Part shown: positions 32,913 through 46,773 of the stretch, piece by piece
How the letters are laid out: each line of letters begins with the position of its first letter
Position numbering within the stretch: position 1 is the first letter of the stretch
From: Polymyxa betae A26-41
Lineage: Eukaryota > Protista > Endomyxa: Phytomyxea
NCBI GenBank assembly: GCA_003693705.1
Contig: RBZT01000623.1
Span: 124,001 to 188,000 of the forward strand
Direction of reading: 5' to 3'
Length of the DNA stretch: 64,000 nucleotides
Made by a program: the position numbers and the translations under genes
Notes under the pieces: model-generated
The model's input: only the letters and a program-made list of their open reading frames with translations
Told to the model about the DNA's origin: nothing
The model's database searches: none

Positions 32913-35900
32913 ATGATAGGCAACGATAATGGCGACCTCAAACCGGGTACCTATACGGAGCACCTGATGTCTCTGCAAGAACTAGCTCAGAAGTTTAAGA
33001 CCTTGATCGAACCGAAAGATGTCATGAAAAGTAGCGGTTTGAAACCTAGTGAATGCGCTCAACGCCTGCTGGAATTCGGCCCGAATCGTCTAACGCCTCC
33101 TAAGAATATGACATTGTTTGAGCGTATCATTCGAATTGTGTTTCTGGACGCCTTCATGGTCATGTTACTGGGCGCCTCTATTCTGACCTTCATCACCTGG
33201 ATCCTGTCACCAGGCGATTACACCAACCTCTATCTTGCCATCGTCTTACTAGCCATCATTCTCCTTACAACGATGCTGACATTATTCCAAGAAGGCAAAG
33301 CCTCCGATGTCATGTCTGGATTCGAGAATCTGCTCCCCACAACTTCCTTCGTCATTCGGAACGGATCCAAGACCAAGGTTCTCTCATCCGAGCTAGTGAA
33401 AGGCGACATCGTCATACTGGATACTGGCGACAAGGTCCCCGCCGATATTCGTATCCTGGCGTCGAATTCGTTGAAGGTCGATAATTCGTCGTTGACGGGC
33501 GAGTACCTTCCTGTAAGCCTGACGGTCGACCCGGATTCAGAGGAAGCTCTTGAAGCCCGTAACATTGCTTTCAGCGGCACGTTGGTTGTTGAAGGTACCG
33601 GCGTTGGCATTTGTATTCGTACCGGAGACCATAGCTACGTTGGATCCATTGCCGCTCTCGCCTCGCAAACCGGCTCGGAGAAGTCAACGCTGACGAAAGA
33701 GATCGAGCTCTTCGTGCGGTTTGTCGGCATTATGGCGTTTTGCTCGGGTCTTGCTCTATTTACCGTCTCCCTGATCCGATCTGGGACGTCTTTGAACTCA
33801 ATCGTGGACGGCATCATTAGCACGTTTATCGTCGTTATTGTTGCGAATGTTCCGCAAGGGCTGCCATCAGCCGTCGCCGGCTGCTTGACCGTCGCTGCCG
33901 TTAATCTCGCTAATCGTAACGTTTATGTCAAGTCGCTGAATTCGATTGAGACGCTGGGTTCGGTGTCGGTGATTGCCTCCGACAAGACCGGGACGCTCAC
34001 CAAGAACCAAATGACGGTTACTTCCATCTGGCTGAACGAACAATCGCGACAGGTGAGCCGCCTGCATAAACCTGAAGATCGCGATTATCGGCACAAAGAA
34101 GGCGAATTTCCCAATGAGAATCCGGTACCCTATCTTCTTTATCCATCTGGTTCCTAGATTAATAGTCTTTTAGCTTTCGGATGCACTCAGCGCTATGCTA
34201 TTTGTCTCCGCTACATGTAATCAGGCCTCATTGATGGTTCAGACGGATACGGTTGTAATCGATGAAGAGGTCCTGATGACGTCCAATGAAGAAGGCAGTC
34301 TGGGCATTGGAAATCGTCGACCAACAGCCACCTCGATGCTGTTCTCGGGCCGTGACCCTCCTGGTGCAACATTGAGTGTTGCAGCTTTAGCTGCTGACCC
34401 TAATGCTCGTCCTGAGCCTGTCAAAACCAAGAACCTATCCGGAAATGCCAGCGACATCGCTTTATACGTATTCGCTGATACTCACGGAGTCAAACCTGTT
34501 CAGGCGGTACGAGAAGAATGGCGTCAGGTGTTCACGGTTCCGTTCAGCTCGGCCAGGAAATGGATGGCGACTGTGATGGCGCCTCCTGCAACTCATGCCG
34601 ATCAATCCAGGGTTCTCTGCGTGAAGGGCGCCCCTGAGCGTATCCTCGCGAAATGCACCAAGATTCTCGTCAATGGGCAGATCGTGCCGTTATCCCAGGC
34701 AACGTTGCAATCTTTCGAGCAGTGCAATAGCCGGTACATGAAGCAAGGCAGACGAGTTCTGGGTATGGCGTTCAGAATATTGCCCTTGAGCGACCATCCA
34801 TCAAAGCTGGAGAGCACGATGGAACAGGTGCGATTCCAAGGCATCTTCGACTCAGGCAAACTGGTTCCCGAACCTGAACAGATGAACGATGCTAATGCAC
34901 TGGTGTTGGTCGGGTGCACAGCATTAGAGGACCCTCCTAAAGATTCGGTACCAGAAGCTGTTCTAAGATGCAGAGAGGCCGGGATTAAAGTAGTCATGGT
35001 TACCGGAGATCATCCAGCTACAGCTGCAGCGATCGCCAAACAATGCAATATCATGGGTCTCTATAAGACCAAGGATGACCTTCCGCAGTCTGAGTCTAAC
35101 AAGGAGCAGAATGCGGCCAAAGATGGCGATAACGACAGTGAAATCGGTGGTGTCGTTGTCACTGGAAAAGAGCTTGCCCAGTTTAGTGATGCTGATTGGA
35201 ACCGGGTCCTGTCAAAGCCCGAGATCGTTTTCGCAAGGACGTCGCCTCACGACAAGCTCGAGATCGTCAGTCGCTTACAAAAACGTGGTGAAGTCGTGGC
35301 TGTTACGGGCGATGGTGTTAATGACTCTCCGGCATTGAAACGTGCGGACGTTGGGGTTGCCATGGGCATTAGTGGCAGTGAAGTTGCCAAGGACGCCGGC
35401 GATATCATTCTCATTGATGACGAGTTTATGTCGCTCGTGGCTGGTATTGAACAAGGGCGCATCATCTTCGATAACTTGACGAAGCTGGTGGCGTATACGT
35501 TGACCCATCTCTTGCCTGAGCTTGTCGCCGTTCTGCTCGGTCTTGGTCTGGGCGCACCTGTCGGTATGACCTCGCTCATGATTCTGTCAATCGATTTGCT
35601 TACCGAGATGGGACCGTCGATATCGCTGGCTTATGAAGGCGCTGAGGATATTGTCATGTTCCGCCCGCCTCGTGATATCAACAAGGATAAGCTCGTTTCG
35701 AAGAGGCTGCTTGGATACGCTTATGTCATCGCCGGTGTGCTCGAGACAATCCCCTGCTTGATCGCCTACTTCGGCGTCTTCATGCAGTACCACGTTCGTC
35801 TCTCAGATCTGATCAACACGCCATATTTCGCTGAAGGATCTGCTTCATATCGGAACACTATTGGTGAAGTTTTCGATGCCAAAATGCAGTTGCAGATCGC

Positions 35901-36234
35901 GGCGAATGCACAAACCGCCTACTATTGTACTTTAGTCTTGGGTCAATTCTTCCATATTTGGATGTGTAAAACACGAGTCGTCAGCATCTTCGAACATGGC
36001 CTATTCGGCAATGTGGTCATGGATTTGGGCGTTCTCGTGGCGCTTGGCTCGATGCTCACCATCACCTACGTCCCAGCATTTCAGACCATATTCGGGACGG
36101 CCATACACGACCAATTCTGGTTCTTCGTTCCGTCCCTGATATCCTTCGTCGCGCTCTGGCTATGGAACGAGCTGCGGAAATTGTGCTTCCGGCGCTATCC
36201 TAATTCACAATTCACGAAGGTATTCGGCTGGTAG
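32913..36234 (+). CDS. P-type ATPase, P2C (Na/K- or H/K-ATPase alpha-like)
   Basis: GPNRLTPP, KVDNSSLTGE, DKTGTLT, KGAPERIL, MVTGDHP, FARTSP, TGDGVNDSPALK and SISLAYE. Two exons. Confidence 0.93.
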
Positions 36235-36492
36235 AGAATCCCAGTCTTGTATATAATACATGTATAGACCAACTTAGGACAATAGACAAATGAGAGAGAT
36301 ATCGAAGAGCACTGTATTATACCGCTAGCCTTTGGTAACATAACAGCTGTGAAATGTTATGGAGCTGGCGTCGGGTTGCGCCCGCTCATCAACTCGACAG
36401 TGACAGGGAGCTTCAACAAATTGCGTCCCGTCTTAACTGTGGATCCGCCGTGCCATTCTGGAAAGAAGCAGCTTCCCTATTTACATCTTCAA

Positions 36493-37736
36493 ATGGCAGC
36501 ATCAACCATGGCTGTCAGGGTCACCAATGATCTTGCCAAGGAGCCGCCTGTCCACGACTCCGACGATTTACAAATCGCAGCGAAGCGTCGGAAATTGGAC
36601 AATAACGTGGAGGTGTCGGCAGCGTCTCTGGAACCCGAAACCGCCTCCGAATCCGTTCCAGCTCAGATCGTCGAGCCTGAACCGGCTGCTCAGGAAAATC
36701 CATCGAAAACTAACGACGCACCCGCTGGTGCGATTTTGTACGTTCCGGGCTCGGTTTTGCCGAAATTCAGCAAATACTTGAACCAGATCGTGGAAGTTCG
36801 TATTCCAGCCAAATATCTATCTACCAGGAACAAAGAGGTATCAACTCGTCAGATCTGGGGCACCGATATCTATACGGATGATTCCGATGTGGTGGCAGTC
36901 TGTCAGCATGCCGGTAAGATCATGCTGAGACCTATTGCCGCACAGCGATATGCTGGTATATCGGCCTTCCTTCGTGTCCTTCCTGGTCAGAGTCATTACA
37001 AAGGATCACTCAGGTATAAGATCCAATCTCGGAACTGGATCCCTCAGTACCATAAATGCAGCCTGGAACTTCTTCGAACTGTTCCCATTATGGTATTACC
37101 CTCAACATTTTAGTCTATCCTTTGAGACCAACAATTGATATAGCAGGCGGAAAAACTCGACCCGCGCGCTCCCGGGAATCAATTGAAAGTCCCGAAGAGC
37201 GTCGTCGGCAGCGGGCCAACACGTCGCCCATACACGAAGAGACGGTATGTGCTGTGTTGAAGGCGGATTCGTCAGATTGGTCTCAATTTCGGATCAGATT
37301 TTCGCCCGATATCACGATCATGTTCAATTTACATAACGAGCCGTGTCTGAAATATTACCTGGGATTGATTGCTGATCGAGGGATGGATTCTGCTCTATGG
37401 ACTAGGTGAGACAGCTGCATGCTGCACTTTCGTATTCGTTAAGATTGTCATTACAGTACGAGATTACAAAAAGAAGTGCTGTATCTAAATACAGACGATT
37501 CACAGTTCGAACTGGCCCGCTCCGGGAATAATGGCCAATTCGATACATACCGTTGGTCACGATGTTCGCAATCGGACCAGAACTTGTCAAGGAAGGTCCC
37601 ATTACCTGCTAATCAAGTCCAAGTATTAGAGCAGAATTTAGATTGGGAAGAAATCGAATGGGGTGTGTCTACTATCACAATCCGAGACACAGCATACACG
37701 ATCATGACCATCAAATTTCTACCCATAACAGCTTAA
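36493..37736 (+). CDS. RXT3: Rxt3-like histone deacetylase complex subunit
   Basis: VRIPAKYL..RQIWGTDIYTDDSDVVAVCQHAG..SRNW, plus downstream exons (FNLHNEPCLKY; LYLNT..FEL; WEEIEWG). Confidence 0.8.
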
Positions 37737-37769
37737 TTATCAATACACAGCATTGTCAAAGAATATTAC

Positions 37770-38081
37770 TTACAGTGTCATGTCTTGTACTGGGATGTGC
37801 TGCTTTCGTTGTTCTAGCCAGCCAGAGCGATCCAGTGAGGCAACGTTTTGCGAAGAACATCTCGCTGCGGTTAGTTCGGAGACAAGCCCTGGCTCTAACA
37901 ATTTGCGCGCCCAGTTCAAACAGCGAACAGACCGAGACCGCGGATTTGATCATTCGATGCATTTTGCGGCATGCTGTCTCGGCTAAGCAACCTACCAGAC
38001 CAAGAAATTGAACGAACCGATACCATAATCGTAAACGTTTCAATGCGAACGTGTTTCCTCTGTCAACTTTTTCAGGCTCAT
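37770..38081 (-). CDS. Possible three-exon small protein (about 77 aa)
   Basis: ATG at 38081 and two short GT-AG introns give an open frame to TAA at 37770. No motif was recognised. Confidence 0.25.
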
Positions 38082-38187
38082 TTCAACAGGCGCGACCCTC
38101 TGTCTTACTGACAGTACTGTAATTATCTCACATGTTAATGTTACATGATATTATGCGTCTCATTGATAATCTTCTTGCTGTATTGAA

Positions 38188-39668
38188 ATGGGCAGACGTC
38201 GTCTATCCCAGCCTGACATTCCTGTAAAGGCATCCATCCATGGTCGATACGCCTGGGCCATTGGCGCAGTGGTTGGCGTCCTGGCGCTTGTTTGGCAACA
38301 CCGATCCCCACAGCTCCCGTAGATTGCGCCCGGTTACTAGATGAAACATCTGGATTTATTTGGCAGATAGAGCTGTAATTGGATCAGGAACGAGACTCAA
38401 CGTGGACGATCTGTTACAATATGAAAATATGACCATTGGAGATACGATGAAACGTTTCCCGGGCGATACTCTCGGGTTTGTTACTCCATGGAACAGTAAA
38501 GGATACGATTTTGTCAAGAAATTCGCTAGAAAATTCACCATGATCAGCCCAGTCTGGTATCAAATAGGTCCAAGGTCAGCTCCTCAGAAAAATCAGTCCA
38601 TTCGATTTTAAATTGTTTCACGCATAGTCGTGCTCTTTCTGGATCTCACCACGTCGATGAAGCTTGGCTGAATGATCTCCGACAGAACAACGTCCAGATC
38701 GTGCCAAGGTCGGATCAGATAATCCGGCGAAAGTGTGCTGCTGAATAGGTTTGGTCAGGTTCACTCTTGAGGGATGGAATGCACAACATCTTTTTGAATT
38801 GCTAAGCGACCCGAAACCTTTCGTGGACGTCATCGTCAAAGAAGTCGAAAAACGTCGCTATGATGGCGTCGTACTGGAAGCGACCCAAGCGATACTGTTC
38901 GCCGATTACCTCGCGGCCAGTATCACCGATATTCCCATTCCATCGTTTTCTGAATCCGTCATTGTAACCCCCCTTGTTTTTGATTGGCGTTTTGTTCTTG
39001 CTGTCAACATGGCCTTCAGGCTGAGCTCGGAACGCGACTGAAATCTCTCCAGAAAAAGCTGCTTATTGTGGTATCGCCTGATAAGAACATTTCGAAAAAG
39101 TACTCGGTTTAGATTGGCTTTTCCGTGTTCAATCCTCAAACGTAACTGTAGTGAGGCAATGGTGGCATTTGGTCAGTACGTCTCCCATATCGTCGTCATG
39201 ACATACGATCACAGCAGCCGGGGCCGTGCTGGACCCAATGCTCCGTTCGACTGGGTCCGACAGACGATCACCCGGATCCGCGATCTGCCCGGAATCCGTC
39301 CCGAACAGATCCTGCTCGGATTAAACTTCTACGGTCTGGAACATGCTGGCCCTGTGGACCAGAGCGTGTTACGTCCGATCGTTGCTCACGAATATATTCA
39401 GGTTGGGATGTTTGATGAATTGCATTGCCAGGTTCGATTAATCGAGTCGCAGTTGCTGAAGGCGAACAAGATTGAAGAGATTTCTTTTCTTGAATCTGAG
39501 AGAGAACATGTAGTAAGGTTTCGCGACAAGAAGGGCGATGTGCATTCGGTGTTTTACCCGACAATGAAATCAATTCAAGACAGAATCGGACTGGCTCGCG
39601 AACTTGGTGTTGGCCTGCAGATCTGGGAGTTGGGTCAAGGATTCCAATGCTTTTTCTATCCGTTATAA
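38188..39668 (+). CDS. CHID1: Chitinase domain-containing protein 1 (GH18-like, probably inactive), N-terminal TM
   Basis: [32 protein letters not shown] (no DxDxE), [23 protein letters not shown] and IWELGQG. Confidence 0.88.
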
Positions 39669-39719
39669 ATGATGAATACAATTGTACGTAAAAAAAAGTC
39701 AATAATGAATTTAATATTT

Positions 39720-40716
39720 TTAATCAGTATGAAGCTGTTTGTCGTTCGCCTGTGAGAACTGAAATTGGAGAATCTTCTCAGTGATGAACTGGGACGCTTT
39801 GAAGATCGGCAGCCCTTCGGGTGTCTCGGTAACGGCAGGCACAGGTCGTGATGTGATCGCCAATATGATGAAACACGGAAATAAGAAGGCCAGAATCCCA
39901 TAACTGACGAACGACGGCCAGATTACGGTGAGAAGCGCAGCCGGGAACCCGAATCCGAAAAAGTACGGCCAACGCCTACAGAAGATTATAAACGAACTCA
40001 AGAAAATCGAATAACAAATAATCCGAACAGACCTTTGAAAAAAGATGATGCGTCTATCCATGGACCAACCCTGCAAAGCCCATTTATATTCCCACATGTA
40101 GAACGAATACAGCCAAGTCAGCATCACGAGCCAGACGTACCGGCCCAGGAGCGGGATGAACGACGTCAACGTAATGACGGTGAAGAACGAGCCCAGGAAC
40201 ACGATTCGGTAGACTTCGTCGGCCATGGCGCTGATCCATTGCGACAGGCTGGGCGTCCTCCGGACAGGTTTGTAGCCGTGCACGATGAAGGCACTATCGG
40301 CGATACCTTGATACCATAACGTGTTAAATAGAAAACTGAGGCAATACACCGGGTAGATCCATAACTGTTCATCACATCAATAAACAAATGATTGTCAGTA
40401 TGGTATTACATACGATTTGGTAAAGACGTTGAAGGACGGCAACGATTAGACCGCCTGACGAAATATCGCCCAGCATCTTACCAGCCAATGGGACCAGGAC
40501 CCAATTCGTCAGCAATATGGAGCCGCAGAACAGCAACAGATTCAAGACAGCACATCGGAACATGTTCCGCCGGACGTGATTCGAAGTCAGCACGAAAATG
40601 GCGACGTTGTGGATGGAGACGGCATCGAGCAGGCCGGCGACCAATGACGACCGAATCGTGGTCGGCGGCGCCTGCACTGCGCTTGGTTGCTGCTGACCAG
40701 AAGGCAGTCTTGCCAT
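39720..40716 (-). CDS. EI24: EI24 (etoposide-induced 2.4) family membrane protein
   Basis: CAVLNLLLFCGSI, FNTLWYQGIAD, YMWEYKW, WPYFFGFGFP and LFPCFII. Confidence 0.88.
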
Positions 40717-40964
40717 GATATTGTCTCTATGAGACCGACACCATTCAATAATGTGTTATGTACCGGTAGTTAATGGACGCACTCTATACTTTGACATCAA
40801 ATAGATAAACGGCCAATATCAATGGCCATAACAGGCGATCTGATACTGATACCCACAAATTTGATAGAAATCGATTCAAGGTGCGATGAAACGATTTCGA
40901 TGGAATGGAATCAAATCAGCAACTCTCGGCGTTCGAAATCTGTATTAAATAGGATGGAATCGGT

Positions 40965-42046
40965 TTAATAATTTAAGCGCTTGGCAAGACGCAACGAACG
41001 ACGAACGCGACGGGCGGTATCTGGCGTCTCCGGATAGCCTTTGGCGTATTTCTCGGCAACCGGCGACTGCATAGACGTCTCATCGTCGGCGGCGTCAAAC
41101 GGGTTCTTGACCGGGATGTTCTCCTTCTTGGCCTGGATATTGAGTGGTGGTCCTTCGATATACGCCTTCTCGAGAAGTTCGGATAGATGAACGACCTGAG
41201 CTGGGGTCGGCGATGGCGTCTCCTCTTCAGTGTACGGCTTGGCCGGATCGGTTCGCAACAACGAGATCTTCTCGGCTCGCGGCGTTCCGAATTGTAGCGA
41301 CATCGCTGACACGTGATCGCCATCCCGATCATGTTCTTGCAAACGCGCCTGCAACCTCTTAGTGATCGGTGTCGAGACAGGCGTTGTTTCCATTGCATTG
41401 TGATCGGCGACGTCGTTGTCACAAGGTGGACTTAAAAGATCTGAAATAGAGCCGCCGTTCTCGACGTACAGGTCTCTTAGAGCTTGTTCGATAGCATGCT
41501 TAGGCTGGGCTTTATGAACAAGTGCCTGCAAAAGCATGTGGAAATTGTTTCATAAATGTTCAGAAAAATAATGAAAACCTCTTGCAGATAGGAGATGGCG
41601 CGTTCTGGGTAATTCTGTTTCTGTGCGAGTTTAGCCAGGCAGGTCCATGCTTGAGCACGCCGCCGATAGTCGGCTCCAGTAGAGCCAGATGTCGCAGTAC
41701 GAAGCCGTGCTTCCAGATCGGCGGGCTTTAAGGTGCTCTGTTCGTTGATGATCGCCTCGATTTCGGCGATTTTCTCGTCTTTCTCGCTGGACGCTGCCTT
41801 GATGCGTTCCTGGATATGCAAGGCCTTCTCAACAGCCGCCTGAACCTGGCCGAAGTCAGGATAAGCCCAGAATATGGGCGATACCTATACCTTTAATCTT
41901 TGTGGCGATGGGAACATTCTCTGATGTTTCGCTGTAAGATCGGCAGCAGGCGTGTCCAGGCGCCCGCCTCTGAACGAAGGCACGGGCGGGATCGCATAGC
42001 CCCGGATGCTGCTGGTCGCTTTGGGCGTGCCGAAATTCGCCGGCAT
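40965..42046 (-). CDS. CKAP2-like cell-cycle protein (TPR-like helical domain, KEN box, many S/T-P sites)
   Basis: Spliced AQAWTCLAKL..AISYLQEALVHKAQP..IEQAL, KENIP and C-terminal VRRSLRL. Confidence 0.5.
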
Positions 42047-42270
42047 GATCAGCGTATAAATGGCTGGAATGAAGCCTATCACAGAAGAGTGGCTTCGTGT
42101 TGTGTATGGAAAGGGGAACCTCTCAAATCCAGAAACAAGAGCGCGCAATTTGAAAAGAACTCTGTCACACCAGTCACGAAAAAAGTTGTTTCGGCAGTTG
42201 GAAAATTCTAACATGGACGGTTTCTGAGAATAAACAGCGTTTGCTTTCATCAACTCAATTTCAACGAACT

Positions 42271-42300
42271 AATCAAATCCAATCCAATCCAATCCAATCA
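42271..42300 (+). repeat. (AATCC)n / tandem CCAAT microsatellite
   Basis: AATCAAATCCAATCCAATCCAATCCAATCA. Confidence 0.85.
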
Positions 42301-42793
42301 CGATTTCAAAAGAAATAGAAATAAATGTCAAGTATGCTTTATGGATGACGGAGGACGAATACTGATGCGACAATTGTGATGACGAGAATTTACAAGATTA
42401 CTATGATAAGGATAGTCAGTCTTGTTAGGGTTTTTTTCTGATGGAACAGCTGAAGGCGGCCCCATTTCTACCTGATCTTGGCACCATGGATCTTGAATTG
42501 TATACAAATAACTAATGATGCTACATTTTATGAGAATTTAAATTGCTTTCTGACGGTAAGCCCGATCGTATTGATCACATTTGTGAACAGCAATCTATCA
42601 GTTTGTACTCCCCATGATATCAGATCAATTCATGAAAACGGGATCAATCACTTCAAAAGTTCAACGGATACTAGTGAATTCAGTTATTTGACCAAGACAG
42701 TGATTTTACTGATTCTTAACAGATATTGGTTTGACATATACAGGAGAGATGTCGAGGCGATATTTCGGTTGCGTCCAGATGCAATCAATAGTC

Positions 42794-43645
42794 TTACCTT
42801 GACGCCGAAGTCCCGAGTAATTTTCTTAATTCGGCCTCGATTTTTTGGAAATCGGGAGTTTGTATGCGAGATATTGGCGTCCCAGATCGATCCACGAACC
42901 ACTAATTCAAACTGGATTAAGTGATCGTAACAATTGTTATATGTGTCACATACAATTCCATGAAAATTCCATGAGATGTCGCCCGGAAAGTACGATTTTA
43001 GGAATCTGAAAATGTCGTTGGCGCCGTCCCCGTTAACATCCGTCTGATGGAAAGAAATTAAAAAAGATGCCTTCGCCATTATGACAAACAACTTTGGAAA
43101 ACAAAGGAAATCGGACACCATATTCTGATTCAACGAATTCCTTGATATCTTGATCAGATTCGGGTTCCTGAGCTCCGAACTGATTGCATGGGAAGGCAAA
43201 AATCTCGAACCCTTTCGGGAATCAATACCAATTGCGATTATGAAGCACTAGGACCGACCGAGATTCTTATATTTGATATACAGCTGAACTAAATGATGAT
43301 ATGAGCTCTCTGTATAACCACATTGGCTGGCTACATTAACGACCAGGATCACCTAATTCACTATTAGAGCCAGCAGATACAGATTAGCAGGGAGACATTT
43401 CCTCTGTATTTCGATAGATCGACAACGTCTCCAGAAATACTGGTCGCCGTCATATCGAATAGGCTCTGAGCGGTCATAGGTTGAATCGTTTCGTCGAGCT
43501 TGGATAAGAGGGACGCCTTCCAGGACATCACCAGGCTGAACAGTTGCAGGTTGAAGTTTGATTGGGTCTGATAGCTGACCATGATGGCAACAGCTGCCGC
43601 CGCTGCAGCAGTTATGATGATATACCTCTTGCAGCTAATCGCCAT
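42794..43645 (-). CDS. GPX: Cys-type glutathione peroxidase with N-terminal membrane anchor (five exons)
   Basis: Spliced VDLSKYRGN|[12 protein letters not shown] (TGT codon), [22 protein letters not shown] and ISWNF. Confidence 0.88.
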
Positions 43646-43866
43646 AATAACAGACGGTCTTGTAACTGCTTGATAAAAGCGCTGAATGGCCACGCTGTTC
43701 AGAATCGAGGATGTGTTAGATGATTTTCAGGCAACAAAGTTCGCGATTCCACCATAAAGTAAGCTGTTGCTTTCTGAGGGCATTTTCGCAGGAACGGGAG
43801 ATCGGAATGCTGAACCTAAGATGGAGCATTGAGGGAGAGATTTTAAGCACCACAGACTTTATTTCT

Positions 43867-44852
43867 TTATGTCAAGTCAAGTTCGGCGACTTCAGAATTC
43901 GCTTTCTGCATGGCTTTCTTGATTTGCAGTAGAATACTGGTTTTCCATGAGTCCAGCTTGCTGATTTTATCAAACTATCAAACTAATGTCAAAACAGAAA
44001 TATCAGGCGGGTTCCGGCTTACTTCGTATAGAGCATCTTCGAATTTTTCAAGATCGCATTGGGATATGGATTCCAACAACTGTTCGCAGAACTTGCATTC
44101 ACGCGAGCCTTCAAAAGCAGGATACACATTCTTATATTGCTTGATTGCGTCGTCTGCACCAGAGATATCCAGTCCGCCAGCAACAGACAATGCTAAATGG
44201 CACAGCAGTGCCTGGAAATAATACCCTTTGGCAGACCATTGCAGAAGCTTGTTATCGAGAGAGGCGGAGGCGACCTCCTCGTAAATCACAATTGCTTGTC
44301 TATAATCTTCAACCATCGCAGATAAGTTCGCCACTTGAACTCTGCACTGATTTCCTGTCGTGACCTGGTCTTCGGCAGAAAATAACTCAGATGCCTGCGA
44401 ATACGCATCGATGGCGCTTTTCAAGTCGTGATCGCTTTCGTACATTTCGCCAATTTCTTTGTAGATTTTGGCAGCTGAAGACAGTTGGCTGGCCTCGCTA
44501 TGCATCGTCGCAGCAATTTTGTAAACGCGAATGGCATCCGCTGACGACACTTTCTTATAAGCTTTTGCTGCTTCCACATACATGTTTTTAGTTTTTGTGG
44601 TATCGTTGGCTTCTTTGAAAGCGTCGGCTGCAAGCATATATGTATCACCAGATTCTTTCCCTAATCATAAAAAGTTGATACGAACTTCTAGCAGCATCCT
44701 GATGCCAGCTTACATTCCTTGGCCAGTTTGTATTGGCCGCCTGCTTTCTCAAACAGCTCGCCAGCTTCGTCCGGCTTCCTGAATAACCCAAAGAAGCCCG
44801 GCTTCATTTTCTGGCGCGCCTCGGCGACCAATGCAGCTGTCTTGTCTGTCAT
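43867..44852 (-). CDS. SEC17: Alpha-SNAP (Sec17/NAPA)
   Basis: AAKIYKEIGEMYE, LLQWSAKGYYFQALLCHL, YPAFEGSRECKF and ISKLDSWKTSILL..DLT. Confidence 0.93.
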
Positions 44853-45139
44853 TGCTCAATATGACAATGAACTGTGATTCGGTCAAAGAATCTTATAAAC
44901 ACCGTGCAACGTAAACTTGAACGATGATGCTAAAAAGTTTCATGTAAAAAAAGATTCTGGCCGATAGCTGTTCCTACATTGCAATTCTACTCAGAAAGAT
45001 TTCATTTCCAAAACATTGCGGTTTTGTAGGGAATGGCTCTATGGAGATGAATGATGATCCATCAAAAAAGTATTGTTTATGTTTGAAAAAAGGTTTATTC
45101 AGCAATGGTTCAATTCAGTGAGCAGATTTAATGGTTTCA

Positions 45140-46342
<1,203 letters not shown>

Positions 46343-46697
46343 GTGAAATCGGACTTATGGCTACAAAACACCCACAAAAACAACCACAGCAATGTTAAGT
46401 GCCTGAGCTCGGTTCTAATAAGAGCTCACGAAGAAAAGTGTTCCAAAGACATGGGCGGTCTTAGAGAGGGCGTTAAGATTTCTGATGTTTCTTCGAAACT
46501 TGCAACATGCAAACCTCACTGTTTAAACACGTATCAAAATAAAGAGATTTTTGGCAATGAGAATCTCATGCGTAATGTTACAAATGAATTAACAAGCTCT
46601 GTCGATAACTGAAACCAGATGAGCTTGGTACATGATAGATGATCAGATCATGTGATTCCCACAAGGTTGCGTAACAATACATTTATTTGTGTCTGAG

Positions 46698-46773
46698 TTG
46701 TTTGAAGTCTCATTGTCTTTTTCGTATGATACTGTAGCATTGTTTGAAGTCTTATTGTCGTCTTCGTATGATA
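46698..46773. repeat. Tandem duplication, 42-bp period
   Basis: 46698-46731 versus 46740-46773, 31 of 34 bases identical. Confidence 0.85.

Noticed and set aside
42478-42924. 148-aa + strand ORF; also possible C/D snoRNAs or small minus-strand exons in 42330-42780
   Set aside because: The ORF starts at TTG and is antisense to the GPX last exon. The box motifs lack recognisable guides, and no complete gene model could be built.
43320-43322. Possible selenocysteine in GPX
   Set aside because: The active-site codon is TGT (Cys).
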